NCBI GenBank assembly: GCA_051294375.1
Contig: CM119266.1
Coordinates: 4,951,770-5,015,769, forward strand
Length of the DNA: 64,000 nucleotides
Reading direction: 5' to 3'
DNA from: Paraspadella gotoi
Lineage: Eukaryota; Animalia; Chaetognatha
Shown here: positions 29,214 through 41,600 of the stretch, in pieces
How positions within the stretch are numbered: position 1 is the first letter of the stretch
Layout: the number at the start of each line of letters is the position of its first letter
The notes under the pieces: model-generated
The model's input: the letters and a program-made list of their open reading frames with translations, nothing else
What the model was told of the DNA's origin: nothing
Databases searched by the model: none
Program-made: the position numbers and the translations under genes

Positions 29214-30118
29214 AGAGCCCGAGAAAAAAAAGTTTTTTTTCGGTAAAGGTTCGGATTTGTTTTGATAGAATCACCGCAGCTCTCCAGTGAGGATGAAGAA
29301 GTCGGTAGAGGAACTTTAATTCGAAAGCGTTGCACCGATTATACTAATGATCATTTGTTTTGCGAGCCTCATTTTAAGCCTAATTTGTATATTATTTCCT
29401 TTTTTTTAACATTAAAAATATGTTTAATATAAATATCAAATATTATATCAGTTTTATTTTATCTATTAATATTTTGATGGGGAAAAGTTTGTACTCACCT
29501 GTCATCACATGTGGTCACCTGTAGAACGAATCTTCATAATTAATAATATTATTAATATTATATTAATATCATTAAATATTATATTATTAATTATGTAGAT
29601 AGCGAATACCCATGCACCGACAAGGTCAAAAGGCAACTAAAATAACCGGTTACATGTCTCTCCCACATTGCATAAAAACGTTCGCTTTGTAACAAAAGGT
29701 CATAAAGAATAATCGAGATATCATTATTTCGAGTTTGGGAGGTTTCTCGGTAAAAGCGCCAGAGTCAAAGGCTACAATTATTCCGTAATGAGTACAAATT
29801 TAAAAACAGAAAAGACAGACAGACCGACTCAAAACTCCCTAACACAGCTTCTCCTCGTCGCAATCTTTAAAAAAGCCTGGAAACCGAATTCCAGTTTTCA
29901 TGTTGATCTTTTCAAACATTTTTTTTTCCTACTTCTGAGTTTGTTTTTGTCCCGTCGCTGGGGTTAAAAGCAGGGGGGGGTTTGGGGGGTAGGGGTTGGC
30001 CCAGAGGGGGCGGGGGGTAAGGTGAGAGGGGGTAAGGAGGGTAAGGGATAACAGGGGGAGGCGATCGGATTGCGAGATGTCTGGAGAAAGTCGTTCTACT
30101 TTGAGATTCATCAGAGTT

Positions 30119-30169
<51 letters not shown>

Positions 30170-32832
30170 CTTTCTCTATCCGGCGATTTTTAACGAGCTC
30201 GACTCTCTCTCTCTCTCGTCGTAATAATGTTTTTCCAATACCCGTGGTTTAAAGGTTCTTCGCTTGGCCAGTCGAGAATCGACGTCGTCGTCGTCGTCGT
30301 TGTTCCAATGGACGACGACGATGACGATGACGACACCGAAAACGACGAAGACGACGACAAGCTGACGACGATAACGACGACGACGATGACAACGAAAACA
30401 ACAACGACGATGGACACGACGACAACAACAACAACAACGCCGTCCAAAAAAAATATTCCCTTCGTCTTCGGGTCACAACATCCGTTTTTCGGTTTCGACT
30501 CCAAATTCGTCAGAGCGAAACTTTAGCGGACGAGAGAGTCCGAAGAGAGGAAGTCGAGGGGCGAAAGCGGACGAGCAGATTGGCGAAAGCGTTGAGGGAA
30601 GAGTCGAAGAGAGAGGGGGGGACGAGGGGGGGGAGTTTATGACTGACTCTCGGAAAAAAAAGAAGAATTTAATCCGGATTCTTTGAAAAGATTAAATCCA
30701 TGGGCTTAAGTTGTCAGCAAGCGGTGACTGTTATGCGGTGACTAATAATAGTAACTTGACGAACGCTTACGATTTCTTGATTGCAATGCGTGATCATCGC
30801 GTGGAACCTTAAAAATTCAATGAAAGTACTAACAAAATAACAAAATTATTATTGATCGTATGTTGCGTCCACACGTATCCGTTTCATAGCAACTTGGACG
30901 ATAAAATGACCTCATTGATAAAATGAGAGTAGAAAACGACAGAAGATTCACAGATTTTCACGAGTTTCAAAAGTTTTACGGCTTCACCTTAAAAATATGA
31001 AAATGCTTTTTTTTACTTCCTCCTCACAATTCTATTCATAACTAAATCTTTTGTTCTCTGTTATTTTTAAATCTTTTCTCGAGGTTAAAAAAAAAAGAAC
31101 ATCGCCGAGACACCCCTTCCCCCCTTCCCCCCCCGCTTCTCTTATTCGATACTCGCAGCTGGATAGACGGACAGGTCACGGACAGGAACGCGACCAGACC
31201 GCCGTAAAATTGAGACTTATCTTTCTTTCCTTCAGTTACTTATCCTCATTGTGTCTGTTTACAGTCGTCGGCCTCTTTTTTTTTTCGGTGAAAAGATGAT
31301 CTCTCTTCGTGAGAAAATTCGCGGTTCACAAAAGATCCCGTGTGATGTTTTAATTATCGAAAGGGAGAGAGAGAGATAGAACACAACTGACGAAATTTTC
31401 GTTCATATGATGTATTCATCATTTTAGTAACTTAAGAGTCGGTCTGTCGGTCCCTCCGTCTGCCTGCTTCGCTTGAGTTTATACGCCTAATTATGTAATT
31501 CAGATCGTTTTTATTACAATATGCCCCTAAAGTTCCATTATTACTTGAACAAATGATGGTTTTACAAACTTTTTCCAAAAAAAGAAGTAACATGCAAATC
31601 AGGCTTGAAATGAGGCTTATAGCAAGTTATAGAAAACAAAGGAACAATACACGCGGCACAACGCCTCAGGATTGCCGTTTATTTATGATCACCCAATACA
31701 ATATCCTTTTTTTTCTTTTTCCAGGTGGAAGTGGTTGTTGTTCTACAACTTTTTAGTCATTTTCATCAAGTCCTGCCTTCAGGTAAGTTTTGAACAAATG
31801 TGGTTAATGAACTTTTTTGGGTCATTCCTTCAGCAGATGAGTTGCTCATTTGTCTATTTATCTTTGTTTTCCGACCCACTGTATCTTTTAATCGCGTAGC
31901 GTGACTTTTGAGTCATATTTTAAAGAAACAAAATCAATTAAATCGTTAATATTATTAATATAATTATCAATGTAGAATATAAATATCAAAAAGTTTTTAT
32001 TCGATTAGTGAGAAAATAATTTATGCCTTGGTGATCTTGTAAAAATTTTATAAAGATTAAATATTTTTTGTGAGAAAATTATTAAATTTTTTGGTAAAAA
32101 TAGGATTAGTTTCTTGAAAAATAAAGAAATTATTATCTTACGAAGGTTCTGTCTTTGCTCATCAAGAAACAAAAAACTTTAATCACTTTACTTTTCCAGA
32201 TTTTTTTCTTTCCTTTTCATTTCTATATAATTGAATTTTCCTACTAATCTCGTTTACCTTTTTTTCCATTTTCTCTTTCTCTCTCTCTCTCTCGCTCTCT
32301 CTCCTTCCTTTCATCCCGCGCTCAAGGTGGTGGGTTGCGTCCACCAAGATCTACTCTACAAGAATCATTGTCCCATCGTCCAACTTTTTGCGATTGTTTG
32401 CTGGAGATCATATATTAACTGGGAAAAAGGTTAACGGCCGAATTTCCCGTTAATAACATTGGACAAATATTAACGCATATTTATCTAATTTGATATTAAA
32501 AGTAACGAGCGATAATTATGACAAAAATTATGTTAAATTAGAAAGAACTTTGTAAATTAGGTTTAATTATAAAGAAATACTTATTTTTAAATCTAATATA
32601 CTATTATAAATACCTCGGTAAATGATGTTAAATTATAACAGAATCCTTATTTATAAATAGTTTTTTGTCCGATGTTCATACACTAAAACCAAGTTTTGTG
32701 TTTTACTCTTCATTTAAGTTGATTATACACATTCGATTTTTGTTTATTTCATCTTTAAAAAAACAATGTATTTTTTGGTTTTTTTTACTTTTCAGTTTCC
32801 GTTCGCTTGCTCGCCAGACATTTCGTTTCACT

Positions 32833-32890
<58 letters not shown>

Positions 32891-35800
32891 AGAACTTATG
32901 TCTTCAAGTTTTAGTTTATGTTTTCGTTTTTATTTTTATTTTTTAGTTCGTTGCTTGTGAATATTCAGTTGGTATCAAAACGCATCACGTCACTGGATTA
33001 ATCACGCTGCTTGGTCTTGACGATGTTTACAAAAATTGCTTGGCTTGTAAACAAGATGGTAGGTCGTTAATATCCCTGTCTGAGAACTTTTTTAAGTAAC
33101 ATTGTACGCAAACTAATTTGCGCAGTTCGGTAAAGAAAATTACAGTGACGGTTACATCATTTTTAGTATCCTCATTTTAAGTTTCTCTAAATGTCGTGAC
33201 TATAAATTAGTTTCGGTAAAATTTTACTTTCGCCGACCGGTGTTTTGAAAAACATTTAAAATATTTATTTAAAAAAAATTACAAAAAATTGCTTAATTAC
33301 CCAAACCTTAAACCCTTCTAACCCTAACTACCATTAACCCTAAACCACCATTAAACCACCCTTAACCCTAACCCCCCCCTTAACTCCAGTCGGCGAAAGT
33401 AAAATTAACCCCTAATTTCTTTGTTTATTGACATTAATATCCACCGATTCAAGTAAGTTTACCTTACTTCCCCTTTCCTTACCCAAACTCTACGTCTTTT
33501 TCCCCCACTTAACCCCTTTCCCCCATCTACCCCTTTCCCACTTTTTATGCCCCTTTCCCCTATCTTACCACTTTTTCCCCACTTTTTATGCCCCCTTATC
33601 CCCTAACTTACCACCTCTTTTCCACCCTCCCCCTTCCCTCTACCGACGACCTCTTAAACACCTCCTCTTTAACAACCCCCTTAGAACACTCCTCTCGAGA
33701 GGGCTGCACCATCGCCATGCAAGAGGCCGGTCTCCTCATGGACGGGATCTGCTTCGCCTTCCTCCTCCTCCAGTGCAGGATGTTCCAGACGAGATACTTC
33801 CAACACGTCGTCCTCGAACTTCGGGCGCAGAACGCTCTCGCTTCGAGGTGAGGAGAAGAGAGTTGTGATTGGAGGAGGAGGAAGGAATATGATTAGAGGA
33901 GAGGAGAAAAGGATTGTGATTGGAGGAAATTGGAAAGTGAGGGATGTGATTGGAGGAGAGGAGAAAAGGATTGTTATTGGATGAAAGGGAGGTGATTGGA
34001 GGACGGTTTTGTTTAATTAGGTGAAAAGCTTAGATTCGTCTTGAAGGCTACTATTAAAACACTGTTTAAATCCAATCACAATGGTTTTCGTTAGACGCGG
34101 ACTTTAAATATATTTGATGAGGGCTTTGATATTATGCTCACACGTTAGCCTACGTTATTAATGACGAATATTTTCATTGATTATAATTTTTTATTTTCAT
34201 AAAATATTCTTCAATCACTCATCTCGAATTTTTTTTCTGACCTCCGTTTCCACCAACCCCTCGCCTCCATTTCTACCACCCCCGCCCCCCTCATAATAAA
34301 GGGGCGCGGAGTTGATCAACCGCATTTTGATCAAAGCCGTTTTGGACGAGAAAGAAAAAGAGAAATCGATTCTGCGAAAAATCAAGAAAAATATGGACAG
34401 AATAAAAGAGCAACAGGCGAAGATGACGGAGAAAGTCGTCGAACCCAAGGATCACTACGAGGGTGAGTTTATCATTTGAACGCTGAAGACAAAGATCACT
34501 ACGAGGGTGAGTTTATCATTTGAACGCTGAAGACAAAGATCACTACGAGGGTTAGTTTATCATTTGAACGCTGAAGCCAAAGATCACTACGAGGGTGAGT
34601 TTATTATTTGAACGCTGAAGACAAAGATCACTAATAGGGTGAGTTTATTATTTGAACGTTGAGCCCAAGGATTACAAGAGTGAGTCTTTTTTTTGGTGAT
34701 TGTGCTCTGGGAACAAAATCATTTTGGGGGTTATTAAATTTGTATTTTTTTGATACTTGACTTTGGACCTAAAACTTATTTCGATTGATTTTTTAGCCAA
34801 AATTTCGCTTTTTGCCTTTTTTTGGTTGGATCAGAAAAAAAGATTTGCCAATTGGTTCAAACTATAACCTGACATTTCAGGTAGGCGCCAGTTAACATCG
34901 CGTTCTCGTATAACATCACAAAGAATGGATCAAAGATAATATGAAACTTATAATGGAATAATAATATGAAACTTATAATGGATTAATAATATGAAACTTA
35001 TAATGGATTAATAATATGAAACTTATAATTGATTAATTATATGAAACTTATAATGGATTAATAATATGAAACTTATAATGGATTAATAATATGAAACTTG
35101 TTAGAATCACTGAAACCGAATCAATCAAATGTCAAAAATTGCTACAAATTTTCTTCAAATTCCCTTGGACAATAATATTGCGCGATTATCATGACATTTT
35201 AATCTACTAAAGGTTTTTCCCTTTTTGAAGTGAGTCACTTCACCTGCCATTTCAGNNNNNNNNNNATAACATCCCAAAGAATGGATCAAAGATAATATGA
35301 AACTTATAATGGATTAATAATATGAAACTTGTTAGAATCACTGAAACCGAATCAATCAAAAGTCAAAAATTGCTACAAATTTTCTTCAAATTCCATGGGA
35401 CAATAATATTGCGCGATTATCATGAAATTTGAATCTACTAAAGGTTTTCCCCTTTTTGAAGTGAGTCATTGATTGAAAATATTGTGATAAAGAGCCGAGC
35501 AGGCTTCTCTTTATCTTTCACCTCACCTGCCATTTCAGCCCCGATAACTTTTCGATTTTAACTTTTGCATTTAAGGCGCAGCATCTAAAAAACTTTGAAT
35601 TAACTTTTAAGAAAAAGGAACAAAGGAAATAAATTAATAAATTATTTTCAATTAAAATTTATTTCAAAAAATTTTTTTTTTCCTCACAATAATGCCGACG
35701 TCAAAAACGAAACTAAAAGAAAATAGAAAAATTATCGAAAAGAAAAGTGATAAATCAATAATAAGTGTATACAAGGGACCTGTGGCAAATGCTACTCATG

Positions 35801-38265
35801 CCGTCAATTACTATGAAGGGCCCCAAATGCTTCAAAACGACGACTACGGTCTCTTGCGACGGATAAGCGAGCGCCGCCGAGAAATGAACTTTGATATTTT
35901 CAGAAAAATTATTATAAAATATTTCTTTAAGAATATTTATTTTAATAGACTCTCGGAATTTGACTGCGATCGCTATGTCTTTGCCGTAAGATTTATGGAC
36001 TTGTTGATGAGAGACTTCTCGATGGGAAAGAGAAGGATTTTCGTGACCTCACATTTTTGGAATGAAATACATCAGTTGTTGCCAAAAGATAATAATAACG
36101 AGATATTTCGTCATCGTGACTTTGACGCCGTCCTCAAAGTGAGCGTAGAGGAAATGAGTCACTTAGGGTTAACAATAAAACCGTATTTGGCTAAAAAGTT
36201 TGAATCTTTAGAATTNNNNNNNNNNNNNNNNNNNNNNNNNNNNNNNNNNNNNNNNNNNNNNNNNNNNNNNNNNNNNNNNNNNNNNNNNNNNNNNNNNNNN
36301 NNNNNNNNNNNNNNNNNNNNNNNNNNNNNNNNNNNNNNNNNNNNNNNNNNNNNNNNNNNNNNNNNNNNNNNNNNNNNNNNNNNNNNNNNNNNNNNNNNNN
36401 NNNNNNNNNNNTCACTCAAGATTACATTCTCTCTTTTTTCAAAGAACCGAGGCGAATGCCAAATGTTTCTATGGTCCTTTTTATTAGCAGAAAACATTTA
36501 ACCGGTGAAATACTTGCTGATTCTTATTTTATCATTGAAAAGCTAATTGACGATCACCCTACGGATTTTTTGTATAAGTTATCTTCCAAAAAAAAAGAAG
36601 AAGAAAAATATCTTCTTCCAAAAAATTATTTAGTAACAAAGTCTCATCTTCCAAAAACTCAGAACGTTAAGGACATATTTCAAATCCCCATCTCTACAAA
36701 AAAACGATCGCACACAACAATTTTCAATTCCGTTTATATTTCGTATCAACTCAATTCAAAAACTTCCGGTTCGAAAAAAAATTCTCGTCAAAAAGTGAGG
36801 AAAGAGTTCGACGCTGACGACATCGAAGACGCCAAGAAATCTTGTGTCGAGAAACTGGGTATAGTTTCTCAGCGCGAGATGGAAAGGGTCGAAAAAGATG
36901 CTCGGCTGAAGACATCGTCGACATCTTCGTCAAATCCCACGAAAGATGCTCGCTTTGCCGATCTTCGCTGTCACCGACAGAATGCCAAACAGTTCCGATG
37001 TTGACAGACGGATCGTGCGGCAACAGCAAGAGACTCCGGATGAAGGAAGAGCGGGTCGATGATTTGAGGGTGGTCCGAGATCCTTACCTGATTCACAAAT
37101 GCCTTCAACTTTAGTTGTCCCTTCTTCTGATAAAACAAATCAAAAACTTTGAGGCTCGAAAGAAAAGTCGGAAATTCCGTGAAACATCGCGTGGAACCGA
37201 TCAGATTCAGAAAGAAGTTTCACGATAGAAAAGTTTAACAACCCAGCAAGACTTTCTCGCGGAAGCCAAAGTTCAGCGATTGACGAGTGTGAGCGGAAAT
37301 TGAGACTCACAAAGTTGAGTGAATCGTTCTTCGATTTAGAGACCTTTTCGAAGAAACTCTGAAAGTTCGATTTGGGTCCGAGGCGTCCACCTGACGGTCA
37401 AGGGTTCGTCGTCTATGATCCGAATGAGGAACCAATGGAGAAAAGGCACCGACTTCTTGGAACATAATTGACTCTTGAATCTTACTTAATCTTAATCTTA
37501 TTTGGCTCAAGTGGAAGCGACTTTATTCGTAAAATTATCCTTTTCGTTGTTTTTCGTAATTTTACGTTGTCTCTACTGTAAAATGCAAGTAAATACCACT
37601 AAACTTTAGATTCTCTCTTTAGTGAAAAGTTTGAATTAGATTCTCTCTTTGACTATTTGGTGATGGTTAAAAATCATATATGTAAATAACATTCCTTTTT
37701 TTCTTCACATTATTTTTATTTTCTTTGTGTCACAATAGTAATTTATATACGCAGGTAGCTTAATATCAAAAGAAAAAAAATCAAAAAACAATAGTTACAA
37801 ACAAAGCCTCCATTTAAGCCTAAAGAAATAATTTAGAATCTTTAAACTATAATTGCTGATTCCTTGAAATTGTCCTATAGTATAAAATCTCTTTAGTCCA
37901 TTTGTTCATAAACTGATTTCGGATTCGTGAATCGAATCTTCGTCGTCGTCATCATCGTCGTCCCTTCGATCCGATCGATCGTTTTGTCGCTCAACGGATT
38001 CCCNNNNNNNNNNNNNNNNNNNNNNNNNNNNNNNNNNNNNNNNNNNNNNNNNCCCTAGTTAAATGCAAACTCTTTAACGAGGCGAGATAACAGATCGTTC
38101 AGTCGAGTCATGGTTACATATGAAATTGGTACAACCAATATAATATATAATATATATATATAATATAATATATTATTTATAAAATATTACTTAGGTTAAG
38201 CTCTTAAAAAAGACATTTTGACGGTTTTTTAAGGTATTTCCGTTTGCTCTCGAATCCAGCACGTG

Positions 38266-38308
<43 letters not shown>

Positions 38309-38589
38309 CATGATTACGTGGTCTTTATTCTTAGCTCATCTCCTTTCTGCCACCGACCTTTATTCAAGTGTTTTTTGGGGTGGCTGCGTGAATCTGATCC
38401 AAGGTTTACTTGCGGTAAAAAAACCCAAGTCTCTAATTAAAAAAGGCCAGTTAATAATTTCGTAAGTGACAAGAAAAGTATTTTTACCATTTTCGTGAAA
38501 AAAAATCTGAATCACACTTGTCATTTTCTAGTATTTCTATATTTTNNNNNNNNNNNNNNNNNNNNNNNNNTGCTCGCCATACATTTCGT

Positions 38590-38633
<44 letters not shown>

Positions 38634-41600
38634 AGAACTTATGTCTTCAAGTTTTAGTTATGTTTTCGTTTTATTTTTATTTTTTAGTTCGTTGCTTGTG
38701 AATATTCAGTTGTATCAAAACGCATCACGTCACTGGATTAATCACGCTGCTTGGTCTGACGATGTTTACAAAAATTGCTTGGCTTGTAAACAGATGGTAG
38801 GTCGTTAATATCCTGTCTGAGAACTTTTTTAAGTAACATTGTACGCAAACTAATTTGCGCAGTTCGGTACAGAAAATTACAGTGACGGTTACATCATTTT
38901 TAGTATCCTCATTTTAAGTTTCTCTAAATGTCGTGACTATAATTAGTTTCGGTAAAATTTTACTTTCGCCGACCGGTGTTTTGAAAAAACATTTAAAATA
39001 TTTATTTAAAAAAAATTACAAAAAATTGCTTAATTACCCAAACCTTAAACCCTTCTAACCCTAACTACCATTAACCCTAAACCACCATTAAACCACCCTT
39101 AACCCTAACCCCCCCCTTAACTCCAGTCGGCGAAAGTAAAATTAACCCCTAATTTCTTTGTTTATTGACATTAATATCCACCGATTCAAGTAAGTTTACC
39201 TTACTTCCCCTTTCCTTACCCAAACTCTACGTCTTTTTCCCCACTTACCCCTTTCCCCCATCTACCCCTTTCCCCACTTTTTATGCCCCTTTCCCCTATC
39301 TTACCACTTTTTCCCACTTTTTATGCCCCTTTCCCTAACTTACCACTTTTTCCACCCTCCCCCTTCCCTCCTACCACGACCTCTTAAACACCTCCTCTTT
39401 AACAACCCCCTTAGAACACTCCTCTCGAGAGGGCTGCACCATCGCCATGCAAGAGGCCGGTCTCCTCATGGACGGGATCTGCTTTCGCCTTCCTCCTCCT
39501 CCAGTGCAGGATGTTCCAGACGAGATACTTCCAACACGTCGTCCTCGAACTTCGGGCGCAGAACGCTCTCGCTTCGAGTGAGGAGAAGAGAGTTGTGATT
39601 GGAGGAGGAGGAAGGAATATGATTAGAGGAGAGGAGAAAAGGATTGTGATTGGAGGAAATTGGAAAGTGAGGGATGTGATTGGAGGAGAGGAGAAAAGGA
39701 TTGTTATTGGATGAAAGGGAGGTGATTGGAGGACGGTTTTGTTTAATTAGGTGAAAAGCTTAGATTCGTCTTGAAGGCTACTATTAAAACACTGTTTAAA
39801 TTCAATCACAATGGTTTTCGTTAGACGCGGACTTAAATATATTTGATGAGGGCTTTGATATTATGCTCACACGTTAGCCTACGTTATTAATGACGAATAT
39901 TTTCATTGATTATAATTTTTTATTTTCATAAAATATTCTTCAATCACTCATCTCGAATTTTTTTTTTACCTCCGTTTCCACCAACCCCTCGCCTCCATTT
40001 CTACCACCCCGCCCCCTCATAATAAAGGGGCGCGGAGTTGATCACCGCATTTTGATCAAAGCCGTTTTGGACGAGAAAGAAAAGAGAAATCGATCTGCGA
40101 AAAATCAAGAAAAATATGGGACAGAATAAAAGAGCAACAGGCGAAGATGACGGAGAAAGTCGTCGAACCCAAGGATCACTAACGAGGGTGAGTTTATCAT
40201 TTGAAACGCTGAAGACAAAATCACTACGAGGGTGAGTTTATCATTTGAACGCTGAAGACAAAGATCACTACGAGGTTAGTTTATCATTTGAACGCTGAAG
40301 CCAAGATCACTACGAGGGTGAGTTTATTATTTGAACGCTGAAGACAAAGATCACTAATAGGGTGAGTTTATTATTTGAACGTGAGCCCAAGGATTACAAG
40401 AGTGAGTCTTTTTTTTGGTGATTGTGCTCTGGAACAAAATCATTTTGGGGTTATTAATTTGTATTTTTTTGATACTTGACTTTGGACCTAAAACTTATTT
40501 CGATTGATTTTTTAGCCAAATTTCGCTTTTTGCCTTTTTTTTGGTTGGATCAGAAAAAAAGATTGCCAATTGGTTCAAACTATAACCTGACATTTCAGGT
40601 AGGCGCCAGTTAACATCGCGTTCTCGTATAACATCACAAAGAATGGATCAAAGATAATATGAAACTTATAATGGAATAATAATATAAACTTATAATGGAT
40701 TAATAATATGAAATTATAATGGATTAATAATATGAAACTTATAATTGATTAATTATATGAAACTTATAATGGATTAATAATATGAAACTTATAATGGATA
40801 ATAATATGAAACTTGTTAGAATCACTGAAACCGAATCAATCAAATGTCAAAAATTGCTACAAATTTTCTTCAAATCCCTTGGACAATAATATTGCGCGAT
40901 TATCATGACATTTTAATCTACTAAAGGTTTTTCCCTTTTTGAAGTGAGTCACTTCACCTGCCATTTCACCCCGATAACTTTTCGATTTTAACTTTTGCAT
41001 TTAGCGCAGCATCTAAAAACTTTGTTCCTTTTTCTTAAAAGTTAATTCAAAGGAAAATAAATTAATAAATTATTTTCAATTAAAATTTATTTCAAAAAAA
41101 ATATTTTCGTCACAATAATGCCGACGTCAAAAACGAAACTAAAAGAAATAGAAAAATTATCGAAAGAAAGTGATAAATCAATAATAAATGTATTACAAGG
41201 GATCCGTGAAAATGCGACTCATGCCGTCAATTACTATGAGGGCCCCAAATGCTTCAAACGACGACTACGGTCTCTTGCGACGGATAAGCGAGCGCCGCCG
41301 AGAATGAACTTTGATATTTTCAGAAAAATTATTATAAAATATTTCTTTAAGATATTTATTTTAATAGACTCTCGGAATTTGACTGCGATCGCTATGTCTT
41401 TGCCGTAAGATTTATGGACTTGTTGATGAGAGACTTCTCGATGGGAAAGAGAAGGATTTTCGTGACCTCACATTTTTGGAATGAAATACATCAGTTGTTG
41501 CCAAAAGATAATAATAACGAGATATTTCGTCATCCGTGACTTTGACGCCGTCCTCAAAGTGAGCGTAAGGAAATGAGTCACTTAGGGTTAACAATAAAAC

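Noticed and set aside
24598-29335. Many short ORFs with ERERER/LSLSLS or F/K-rich translations (also elsewhere in the window)
   Set aside because: Products of (AG)n microsatellites, purine tracts or N-gaps.
33300-33380. Interstitial telomere or chromosome-fusion scar
   Set aside because: Short, degenerate and enclosed by TIRs, so better explained as the MITE interior.
34905-35540. ~300-bp local duplication
   Set aside because: It straddles a 10-N gap and is single in the second copy of the block (40630-40970), so it is an artefact.
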